Assembly: GCA_021613535.1 (NCBI GenBank)
Contig: CP075497.1
Span: forward strand, 2,108,001-2,172,000
DNA from: Adineta vaga
Taxonomy: Eukaryota > Animalia > Rotifera
Length of the DNA stretch: 64,000 nt
Reading direction: 5' to 3'
The notes under the pieces were generated by a model. The model was not told the origin of the DNA and made no database searches. It saw nothing but the letters and a program-made list of their open reading frames with translations. The position numbers were made by a program, and so were the translations under genes. Each line of letters begins with the position of its first letter. Position 1 is the first letter of the stretch. This document shows, in pieces, positions 50,253 through 62,467 of the stretch.

Positions 50253-52364
50253 TTAGAAGAAATGAAACACCGATAGACATAATAATAAGGAGAAGAAATT
50301 TAATAGACGAAAATGGTCACCGGCATGATTGACCATACGAGAATCAGATACGATTTTTGTCCGATGCGATGATGGACTAAGTAGAACGACAAAATTGCTT
50401 TTATTCGTTCGATTTAATGATGGTTTAGAGAAACGTGTAGAAGAGACTAGCTACTGGTCGTGTCGTTGTGATTTGCGATTCATTGGTTATGGGTAAAGTC
50501 GATGTAGTTAAAACCGAATCAAACATAGTTTCATGAACACGATGAGTAAATGGAAATTCACCACGATTACAAAATAAACCTGTATAATCATCATAATCTA
50601 ATGACCATCTAGAAAAAAAACCAACATGAACTCTTTATAGAATGAATGGATCAATCAATACTTACAACATTGCTCCACCAAGTCCCATTGTTTTCGCCCA
50701 AATAACCTATAAAACAAAACGTGAAAATATTCATTAAAAAAAAGAATCTATTTCTTACTTTTAATGTTACGCTTCGCAGTGAATCATATCCAACCCATTG
50801 ACCTGTATCAGAAAAAGCATATTGAGATTGAGAATCAAAATCCCATTCTGTTGTCCAATTATGTGCACGTAACTTTTGACAAATCTACAAAAACAAATTC
50901 AAATTGATTTCCATTAAAAAAAGGAAATTTCTCTACTTCAAAATATGCCAAAAGTCCTTCTTCTTTTGTATACGGTCCAGCTAAAATTGATCGAATTATA
51001 AACAAATCCATGTCTCATTCTGAATGTAACTCAATACCTTCTCCTCCACCATCAGTAATTGCTGCACCAATCGAATTATTTTGATGACTAGCTAATGTAA
51101 ATGATCGTCCATACAAAGCTAAACCCAAATTCAATTTCGATGCTGGACATCCTTGATTAATCCAATAATGAATCGATGAATTCTAAAAGAAACAAAAACT
51201 CTTTCCTATCCAACAAAAAACATCTAAAATTCCTACTGAATTTTTCCAATCTTCATGGTCTTCTAATTCCGTATGACTTCGATACAACGGACTATTAATA
51301 CCTGTAACAGGATCCCATTTTCCTAAAAAAAAACAGAAACTAATCCATATTTCAATCAAAACAATCATCTTTTCTTACCATGATAATCATATGTCATCAC
51401 ATTAACATAATCTAAAGCACTATGAACAGGAAAAATGCAATGAAGTTTTGAAAAAGAAATGTTTCTTACTTGCAAAATTCCGGAACAACATAACCTTGAT
51501 CAATTTTTTTCGGATCAGCAGCAACAGCTGCTGTTAATAGTAATCGATTTGTTTTATTCATTCGTTCTGCCTCATCGTCAAATGCTTGTCGTAGTTCGCG
51601 AATAAGAATATTAAATTTTACTTTACTATCTGGTGATGCATCACGATCACGTGAACCAGGAAATTCCCAATCCTTGAAAACAAAGTAACGAAATCTTTTT
51701 TAGCTATAACAAAAGAAAACAAATCGAATTACTTACGAGATCTAATCCATCAAATTGCCATTCTTCAAGAAAAGCAACTGTTTGATTAATGAATTTTGCA
51801 CTAAATATTGAAATGAATTTTCATCATTGAATATTCTCTCAAAGTTCTAATAAATAAATAATAATCCAATTTCGAAGATTCTTACCGTGTTGTATCACTT
51901 CGTAGAATTGCATTAAAACCTTTACTTCTTGCTGACCATCCTCCAACGGATAAGATAATTTTCAAACCAGGATTTCGTCGTTTTAATCCATACATGCGAA
52001 GATAAAGTGGCTAAAAATATGACAATAAATTCCTTTGAAATTCTTTTTCGAACTTTACCATTCCTAATCGATCTGTCCAATGAATATCATGTTCTTCTGT
52101 TGGTGTTATTGCTAATGTTAAAGGATCGATATATCTGCAAAAGCATAATGTATATGTGTACATAATAATGGATCGATATGATCAGGATAAAGTGTTGGCA
52201 TTGCTTCACGATATAAAGACCAATTTGTATAATAACAAACGATACGTAAATCGGAACATTCTAAATTGTAAATTTATTGATTTTCTAATCAAATATAAAA
52301 AAATCTTACGAATCAATTTGTTCCAAAAGATAATTCCAAATTGAATCAAAAAGAAAAACTTCAT
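50253..52364 (-). pseudogene. GH18 chitinase, probably GPI-anchored, disrupted by two frameshifting insertions in this sequence
   Basis: IVCYYTNWSLYR, IDPLLCTHIHYAFA, KIILSVGGW, FDGLDL|DWEFPG, VMTYDYHG, QWVGYD, LGGAMLWSLDYDD. A +2 insertion (atatat 52129-52134) gives a stop at 52120-52118; a +4 insertion near 50447-50450 gives a stop at 50427-50425 and cuts off a hydrophobic tail that ends at 50253. Confidence 0.85.
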
Positions 52365-52826
52365 ATTCGTTATCTTATTCTCTTTAATGATTAAAAGAAA
52401 ACTTATCTTCACTGTCCTTTTTCTCTCTCTCTCTTCCTTTCTTTCTTTCTTTCTCGACATAGATCAACTTCGTTTGTCTGTTTACATAGAGCTCAACAAA
52501 AATGACGACGTCGGTGTGTGTTCCTGGACATCAGTGACCGGATTGAACAATGTATTTTGTGTTAGTAGATACGAAATGAAGCACACACGACAAACTTTTA
52601 GTTGAATTCAGTCGACTATTCACAAGATGGACTAAATAAATGTCATTGACCACTTGTAGGCAATTTACATAGTCTCTTCTTCTTCTTTGTTATGTAAATT
52701 TAGATTATGTTGATACTTACAGACAAACATTCTATATAGACAGATTAAGAATTTATTTAATAAAGACGAATTTTTTTCTATTCATAAAATTGACTTTTAA
52801 TACAAAACTTATCTGAATAATATCAA

Positions 52827-53414
52827 CTAAACTTTACAAAAATCATCATTGGAAGTTTTCGAATGAAGTTTTTTCATTTGTTCAATCAACCATTTGATAT
52901 TTTGAATGAAAAAACAAACAAGAAAAACAATGAGAATAATATAATAAACAATTGTTGTCCAAAATGCTGTTTGATACAATGAATAATTACAATACGTATG
53001 AATATCATATGTATTTGTATATTGAACATCATTTTTCATATGAAAAACTAAATAATTTCCAATAATAAACCAAATGAAAAAACAAAATAGAAATAGAAAT
53101 TGAATTATAAAACCAAAGAAATAAAATATCGATATCCAAGAATATTTTTCATAAAGAAAAGAAATGATAATAAGAAGAATTCCATGAAATGAATAAATTA
53201 ATTGAATAATTCCAATGACGAATAAATAAAGAATAAGTCGATCATCAATTGTACAATGATCTTGATAAACTGAACTGAAACGTAATTGTATAATTGCTAA
53301 TGGTATAAATAAAATAATATGAATATAAAAATAATATGAAAGAATTAATTTCGATAGAAATTTCGATTTCTTTGTCCACCAACAAGTATTTGATATTTCT
53401 TTATCAATATCCAT
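52827..53414 (-). CDS. TMEM272-like multi-pass membrane protein, single exon, 195 aa
   Basis: Four hydrophobic segments with CTIDDRLILYLFVIG, FFIWFIIGNYLVF and YCNYSLYQTAFW, the spacing typical of TMEM272-family proteins. Confidence 0.7.
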   Translation of the reverse strand: MDIDKEISNTCWWTKKSKFLSKLILSYYFYIHIILFIPLAIIQLRFSSVYQDHCTIDDRLILYLFVIGIIQLIYSFHGILLIIISFLYEKYSWISIFYFFGFIIQFLFLFCFFIWFIIGNYLVFHMKNDVQYTNTYDIHTYCNYSLYQTAFWTTIVYYIILIVFLVCFFIQNIKWLIEQMKKLHSKTSNDDFCKV

Positions 53415-54142
53415 ATAAAGTTACGACAAAAAGGGAGAAAAAAAATGAATGAGACGTCTATATATTTGATTCATGATAAATTAAAAAAATGATTGTTTTG
53501 ACACGCCCGAATGAGAAGCGATCACTATAGACTACGCCCTTTTCTCCCTATTTCTTTCTTTTTTTATGAACTATGTTAATGAGTATAAAGTTTGTAGTAT
53601 TCAGGTTTGTACTCGTCATTTCTTTTTTACATTTAGTAAAACTAGAAAATTGAAATATGTCATTATCTAACGGAAAGTCTAGTCAAATTGAAAGTGAAAA
53701 AGACAAGTCTGTCAAATTCTTTCAGGAAACGATGTATGAGTACAAAAATGATTATATTTTTTGTCTTTTTTAGAAAATTATCGATTAAAAACCCAATTGA
53801 ATGCGATTATTTTTGAAAAAAAGAAAGCAACGAAATAATTGCATGTTTGAAATTTTCCTCGCAATAAACTAATTAGTTTCTATCCTTATATATATATAAA
53901 TCTTATATGAATAAAACTAATTATTCTTTTGTATTCACTTCTCATTGAGATATCATTTGAATGCATGTTGAAGGAGAGGATTGAGATTGATTAAGGGAGA
54001 AAAAGCAAAGAAGAAAGGCATTTATAATAGACAGAACCAAACAAAAAATCATAATCATAACAAATATAATTAACACAAAAATAAAATTGTACAAAGCGAA
54101 ATTCTTTCTTTTCTTTTCTTTTTTATTTATTAATTTTTAATA

Positions 54143-55904
54143 TTAATCTTCAGTTGATATTGAAAAACCATGGAGTGATATATCATCACGTTCATAGATT
54201 GATGAAACCGGATCAGGTTGAAGTTTAACAATTAAACGATGATTATTTAAATTCGTTGATGTTTCACTATTGATTGTTATTGAACATTTCGCTTTTCCAT
54301 TGCGTTCTGAACGTTGATGTTTACTTCGTCTATTACTACTTGATGAACGTGTTTGACTTGTTCCTCCATGAGTTGTTGTATGTTGTAAACCACTTGTATC
54401 AGTTGTATTTGGTGAACTTGAACGAAATTTAATTTGACAACATTGAAATAGATTTCGTCGTATTTGTCTTAAACGTGAAAGAATTGTTCCATCATGTTGA
54501 AGAAAAGTAAGTTCAGCTGATGTTAAAGGTTTACCAATAATACAATAAAGTACAGCTTGTAGAAAATGTGTCATTTCAGTTCGAAATTCTTTTGCTGTTA
54601 CTGAATAAATAACAATATTAATTGAATGATTAAGATTCATTAAAATAATACAAAGAATTTTAATAAAAACTAAAATCGTTTGTCGATATAAATTTGTATC
54701 ATCTTTCACATATTCATAAACACTTAAAAAGATAACTATAGGTGCTGTTAAACTAATAAAAACAAGATTGACAGTGATTAACATCACAGATATATTTCGA
54801 CGACGACGTGAACGACGTGCTGATGTTGAACCGGCGCGAGATGATGAACGAACAAGTGTTAAGATAATAATTATTGTACAAGCAATCATTGCTTAAACAA
54901 AGAAAGAGATTTTTTAAATCAAATATATATTTCTCACATGTCGATTTACCTGTAAATGGGATAAAAACATTCATAGCTAAATCCACCCAAACCCAATAAA
55001 CATAAAGATTTCCATGTTCATTGGAATTTTCTAATGAACATTGAAGAACATTAACATCAAAGAAAGGTATTGAATCTTGTTTGATTGTTGTAAGAAGATT
55101 ATCATAATGTGAATGAAACGTTCGATCATGATGAACAGTATGAGATGGTGGTCGAGTAAATACATCATAAGATAACGATGAATCACTTCCAGTTCTTCCT
55201 TGTTCATTACTTTCACTTGATCCTCCCGAATTCGTTAAAGTAAAGTGTTTAGATTGATGAACAAATGGTTTTGATGATAAATATCTTTCGATAACTGTAT
55301 CATTAGAAAGAATTCGTTGTTGATCATTTCGAGTAGTCGTTTGTTGTTGATTTCGTTGTTTAAGAGAATTATTTTCATAGAGAAAGAAATGACTATTTAA
55401 TATTGTAAGAAATAAACCAAGAATTATTGTGACTAGAACTGAATGTCTTGGTTTTGACCAAGTTTTTGCAAGACGAAGATATTTTGCTGATATAACACGA
55501 TCAATACTGACAGCAACTAATATCCACGAGGAATATTGTGGAAGAAAATAAATGCAAAATGCAAATAATTTACATGGAAATGATTCAGTTTGAACATCAT
55601 AATGAAAATGATATAATGAAATAAAACTGACACAAAATGTAATGATCACTCCCAGATCAACAAGAGCAAGACAAGCTAAATAGCAAAAGGTTGAATATCG
55701 TCGCATAGCTGCACGTAAGAGAACACAAAAGGAAAGTAAATTTCCAAATGAACCCAATATAAGTACAAGCACCGGATAAATTTTGAGTATGATAATAATG
55801 GACGTGTATAATGAATGAGTTTTCGCATCGAATAATGAAAGTGTCGAAGGCGGTGCGAATCCGCTAAGAACATCGACGGATTCATCATAATTCTCTGCCG
55901 TCAT
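54143..55904 (-). CDS. Class A (rhodopsin-like) GPCR, peptide-receptor type; exons 55904-54950, 54891-54143
   Basis: TM1 LGSFGNLLS, TM2 YLACLALVD, TM3 CKLF…WILVAVSIDRV, TM5 VFIPFT|AMIACT, TM6 FISLTAP, TM7 NHSINIVIY; 58-nt intron. Confidence 0.92.
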
Positions 55905-58900
55905 GTATAATTGAAAAGTTTTTATTTAGATCAACAAACATATTAAAGATGTCATTGGTTTTGTTTTTAAAGGCATATCTTTAAAAGAGAAAAAGAAAAG
56001 AAAAACTCGGCTATTTTCTTGAGTATATTAAACAAGAAAAAGGCGGTGAGAAAATATCTTAAGTGAATCGGAGAGAAATGATTCTAAATGAGGAGAAAAA
56101 GAAATGACTATAGTAATCACTCCTACATTTTGTTTTTCTGTTACGCAAAAAGAAAAGTAAGAAAACGAAGGTTATACCATTGTCAGATGGAAAAGAGAAA
56201 AAAAGCACTATTTCAATACACATTCAGTTGAAGATTTATTACATGAAGAAAAATCATTCTTTTACTTTCTTTTTTATAATATATTTTCTTTTTAATTAGA
56301 AAATATATATAACGAAGTATGCTTAATGCCATCAGTCCGACTAATTTCAAAAGACGAATAGAAAAAGAAATGATAGTGAATGACTTTTTCTTCTCCTCTA
56401 CAAAGAAAATGTCTTGTTAAACACCGTAACTAAGATTACCTACGCACGCAAAACATTCTTAATCATGTATTTTTTAAATAGATGTGCGTGCGTTAATGTC
56501 ATCTTTGAATCTATTTTCTTTCCCTGACGCCTTCCGTTCGATCTGAACAAATAAATTGGTATGTTCTTATCTAACTAGTAACGACTCATTATGATAAAAG
56601 ATTTTCTTCTTGTTTTCGTCGTTAAAAGGAAAGATGACGAGAGATTAAAATAATGTTTTCTTCCAAATCCAACTCATTCAAGACTGATTTTATTAGTTGA
56701 TAATGATGAAACTTCCTCAGAACAAAGAACAACACTAAAAATGTCTTTGTCATCGATAACGTTTTTTTTTATTCTTATTCGTTGATAAAAAGAAAAAAAG
56801 AAAACTATAATATAATCTAAGGCAAGATAAAGATATGTTGATAGATGAGTTGTGGATGCTGTGAAATTGATCTGTCAACTCAATGTTGTCGACGGAGACA
56901 AAAAATTGAGTGATATGCACATGTGTGAATGAATAAACCGGTAAATGACAAGTTTTTTTCTATTAACTTTTCCTTTCCAGTAAGTCTATCATTAATTTTC
57001 AATTCGAGAAATGTTCATTGTTTGACAAGATAACAAGAAGAGGAATTTTCAAAATGTCTTCTTCTATTCTCTGTTCTGTTGTTGATCATGTACTCTTTCT
57101 AGTGATAAACATTTCACACAAGTTTTTGTCTTATCCATCATGACGTTTTCTCTTTCTCGATTATCAACTTAATCTCATTTACTTCTTTTGCGTTTTTTCT
57201 TTTTTGTAAAACAATGACTTATCTGCGATTATGTTGAACAAAACCAAGCTATCTCTGACTCTGATAGGATTGTCATTATTTTGACCTTGATTATAAGAAT
57301 GGTGTGAAGAGAAAAAAAGAACTCGAATTGAAAGTCAAAAAAGTGTCAGACACTACGGAAGGTGAGAGAAAATACGAGAGATCTATGTCAAATAATTCAA
57401 GTCTCTTAGGAATAATAATGAGTAGAGGTCTAAATCTCAAGTACTTTGAGAGAAAAAGTATTTGTTTTTGAAAGTATAACAGACTTCTAATGGAAATATC
57501 AGCATGAAACCAATGAGATTAAGCATTTTGTCTACAGATGTATAAATAATCATAACAAATAGAAAGAAGAATTTCGAGACATGAACTAACTTCAAAACAA
57601 ACAGATGGAAATAGATTTCTTTCTTTTTATCATCAAAACAAAAACTAAAAATGAAAAGATAATCACTTGTAATTCTCACGAGATCACTTACTCGATCGAT
57701 CCGTCTTAGGATGCAAATCATCCTAGAATACAGTTATTATTCATGAACTCGAATCCGATCTAAGTAAGGGCAAGATTGTATATAAAGAAAGACTACACTT
57801 TCATCGAGATTATTTATTTATTTGCATATCTGCGTTAGTTCTAAACGCCTCAAGTCATTCCCCAAGAAAAAATCAAAACTCAAGCCATAACACATGGGCT
57901 AATTAATTTCTTCTCTCTAAAATAAGAAGAAGAAGAAAAAAAATCACTGATCAAAAGAGAAAACTATATCAGTCTACTAGAATAATAATAATAAACAAAT
58001 GGAGATACGTCAAGATTGAAAATATACAGTTGACACATAATTAACCGCATGATTACGTTGTTAAAACAAAAAAGAAACTCGTCGTTTTTTTTCTTCTTCT
58101 CTCTAAACGAAGAAAAATATCAACATTAATAATATTAAAATCAAAATAGTAAATGATCATCGAACTAAAAGAGACACTAAAGAATGGAGAGAAAAAAACA
58201 AACTTGTTCAATTACCAAGTGCCTTCTATTCGTCTCAAGAGAATAAAACACACGATTTATTGTCTTATTTTTATCGAATATTTTCTTTCTCAAATAAAAA
58301 TTGGCATCTATGATAATTAAGTCAGTTGATCAATGTTCTGTTTTTGTCATTCTTATCATAATCGTCCACCATATTAGTTTAGAAAAAATCTTCTTTCTTC
58401 TCTATTCAATAGAAATATTTACCTCGGTAAAGAAGATTAAAATTAATCTGAATAGAAAAAACAATGCTACTTGGTACATTTCCATATAGAAACAAAAAAT
58501 TGTTAGTTTTATAATCAACATATCGATTGATCTACGTCTTGATTACACTTGACTGCTTATCGAAAAGAATCCAATCGGAAGGAAATCTTTTCTTACGTAT
58601 TTTCTTTTTCTAATGAATACAATCTCATGCATATTAGTTAAGTATAATGTTGATATATTTTTCTTTCTTCTTGTTCTTAATGTCAATTATATCTAATGAT
58701 ATTACACAATGTGCATGAAGAGGATAATTTGAGTAAGTAAGAAAGAAGAAAAAGATTACCATTGAGATTGTGTTACATATACAGACGTTTTACATTAACT
58801 AAATAGTGTCACTTTTCTTTTCTTCTTGAAGACAACCCTTCAAGCTCTTCTTTATCGAACGTCTATCATTGATGTAGTTTTGATCTTCGAAGCTTCAAGG

Positions 58901-59115
58901 CATTGCACATCTTTAATCTCTTAGTTCTATTTCAAAAGAAGCTGATGAAAGACCATCGTAAATTCTCCTCAGTTGAAGAAGATTTTCTTTGGCCTACTTT
59001 TTTTGGTTGACATATAAAAGAAACAGTCCTTTCGGTCAATGAGAAAAACAATATTACGATGAACAAGAAAAAGAAAAAATAGACATTGTCATTGATTGAG
59101 TATTCAGAAAATCTT

Positions 59116-59141
59116 TCTCTCTCTCTCTCTCTCTCTCTCTC
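59116..59141. repeat. (TC)n microsatellite
   Basis: Thirteen consecutive TC units seen directly. Confidence 0.9.
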
Positions 59142-62100
59142 GTTTCATGAGTATTATCTGTCAAAATGAAGGATATAAAGATCTGAAGTTATATTAATAT
59201 TGTTATTATTGAAGATTTTCTTCTTTGCAAAACAATACGACTAAAAACAACAAAGAAATCAAGATCTATCTTTCTTTTTTTTTCGTATTTATGATAATAT
59301 TTTCTTTTCTTATTGATTCATTTATTAGTTTAAAAGACTTTCTTCATCTGTTTATACATCTATCTTCCGACATGGGAACGCCTTGACATTTCATAATCGA
59401 AGTCAAATATAAAAGATTCAAATTCTGACATATCTGATCAATATCTTTATAGAAGATGATTATTCAAAGATAAACATGTGCTATTTCAAAAGAGAGAATC
59501 TCACGAGATTTGATAAACAATTTAAATATATGCAAGATAATAATGAAAGAAAGAAAGAAGAAAAAGATTTCTTTTTTCAAACGCGTTTATGCAAATAAAA
59601 TTTGATTCATCGTTCTTGTCATTATAAGAAAAGGCTGCAAATTCGATTAAGAAGAAAGAATGTTCGTTTGTTTTTGTCATTCATGCTAAGCTCACAAAGC
59701 TTCACAGAATTTCGTTTCTTACTTACTTACAGATATCGTTTGAAATGAATATATATATATCAGTAGAAGGATAAAATAACAAGGAAAATCTATTAGCTCG
59801 ATCTATTTACCAGTACAGGTCAAATTGATAGAAAAATAAAGAATATATCGATTCTCAATAGACTTTCTTGATGAAAAATCTCGATGTATGTGTTTGCTGA
59901 CAAATCAATCTCGATGACCTTATTTTCGGATATAAAAAAGAAGAAGAGATTCTTTGTGTTTTTCTATCTAAATCTGACTACTTACGAAACAATCGTTGTC
60001 GTTATTGCATCTTATCGTCGATAAAAGTTCGGATGTCTGTCTTGTGTTTCTCTTCATTCAATGAGGCATGAGCAACACATTTCCCTATCGAAGCTTGCCA
60101 GTCGAGAGTATTATAAGCAAAGCTATTTGTCTAAAATCAATTTAATGATGTCATTCTATGGAATGGAATCCTAAAGAGAAAGAAAGAAAGAAAAACCAAG
60201 AATATTTTTCTTCTTTTACTAGTTAATTATCTAACGTGTAAAACAAAGAAAAAGCATAAAGATCTAATTAATAACTAGTTACTATTCTCACGTAATTCTT
60301 TTACTACTTAATGATCAGTAACACATCATCGATGAGAACTCTTCCTGACAATAACTTGCGTGTTAATTCAGATGCGTCTATTCTATATGATTGATCAGAT
60401 TTCCATACATATCAATATCTATTACATCGACGAGACAAAAAACAGCTCGTCTAATGTTATCAATAAAATCAGATACTGTCCTCGATTCATTTTATTATTC
60501 ATCTAAATACCGATGAAGACGAAATCTGTTTATATTTCTTTTTCTTTCGATCAAATAAATAAGAAAATTTTCTTCGAGTATTATTTTCATTCTATGATAA
60601 TAGTATCAATCAGTCGAAACTCAAATGTCTTCTATATCATTGTTTGGTGCAATAACAACGATAAATAAACAATTAATAAACCAGATAGAAAAAAGAGATT
60701 TTTCGTTTCTCGATGATTTATTCCGATAACTAGAAAATAATTAATCGATTGAACTATTTCAAATTTCTGAAAAGATCAAAATTTAATTATCAAATTCTTC
60801 TCGACTTGATCGACTTATTTTCTATAAACAGTCGAAACACATTTTCTCTTTAATCATTCAACATTCAGATAACATGCGTATGTGGGGGTGGAGACAACAC
60901 TTATATATGTCATTCTCGATTCTACCGGCACTCATTCCTTTTCATCGCATGTCTCTTCACCTTCCTAATTAGCAAATGACATGCACTCAAGTTATTGATA
61001 AATAATTTCTAAAAATAAATCGAGAAGATTAAAGATAAACTTTGTGTCGTTTTCTCGCTCGAAAAATAATAAAAGATCTTCTTACTTAATCATTCATGTC
61101 AAATATGATCAAATGAACAATCTCTCAATTGCACAAACATTCGTTAATAATCTCCGATTTTTCTTCGTCACAAAGCATACTAATGAAATTCAATCAATCA
61201 TATCTTGAAAAACTAGTTTTCATCGAATTAATTCGCTTTTCTTTTCCGAACATTTTCAAGAGAGATGAATCGACAATAATCAAATTAACAATACTCAAAA
61301 TCAATCGGAACTTCCAGTCAAGAATTCATTGATTAACCAATCATCAATTGAGAAAAATTCATTCTTTCAATAAAAAAAAAACTTCAACTCAATTATAAAT
61401 AATATCATAACGATTAAGACGTGTCATGTATTTGATCATTGCTCTGGTGTCGACTCGACCGATGGAACATTGTTATTCTCCATAAAAATGTTCACGAAGA
61501 TATCTAATTAATCATTTAGTTGACTGAATTCTGTTTATTCTCATTGTTTTAAATATAATCCAATAAGTTAGATCAATTCGACTTTTAAGTTCTAATGACG
61601 TCGTAGTTTATATTTAACTATTGGCACAGTAATTCAATACGAAAAAACCTGACAAAAACCCACGCTAATCCATCAACGTAATAACTATTACGTAAAAGAA
61701 AATCTTTCAATTAATCGATGACTTAAGGATAATAGTATCGACTAAATCAAACTCCATAAATCAACAGTAAATATATTTCATTTTATTTTTTATTATCTTA
61801 ACAATAAATTTTCCGTTTATATGTCACATAAAATAAAGTCTAAATGTATCTTTTTTATTACATGGATTCGTCTATCATCTAACGATTATTGTTATTTTTA
61901 TATTAATCAAAAACCTATGTCAATCTGTATGTTTTCATTTGTTACTTTCTTTTTCTTCTTCTCGTATTCATTTATCAAAGACAAATTCATTCTATCTACA
62001 GCTGTTACCCCCATCGAAACGAAACAACAAACGATTAGAAATATGTAGCAAGATGAATGAAAAAACAATATCGAATTTATTTCTGATGATTGCAGACAAG

Positions 62101-62467
62101 TAAGTATAGACATCGAGTTAGAAAGACAAGAGAGAGAGAGAAGAAAAAAAATGAAGGGCAATAAGAACACCAAAAGTCATTCTTTCTATTACAATTATTA
62201 ACCAATCGAAGAAATATATATGTGTGTCTGCGTGTGTGTGTTCTACGAAACGAAATAGAAAAAAACTGAAAGAAGAAATAAAGAACGCGTTGGTGTACTA
62301 TGACTGTGTGTGGTGTTTTTGTTTTGTTTGTCTTCAAAGTACAGTACTAGACACAAGTTTCAATCAAAACTGATATTTTACGCACAGGTGTTAATATTGA
62401 CAAGATGAAAAAAAACGATAAGATTATCTTAACTTCGTTTCATTTTATATAGCTTTTTAGATAAATT

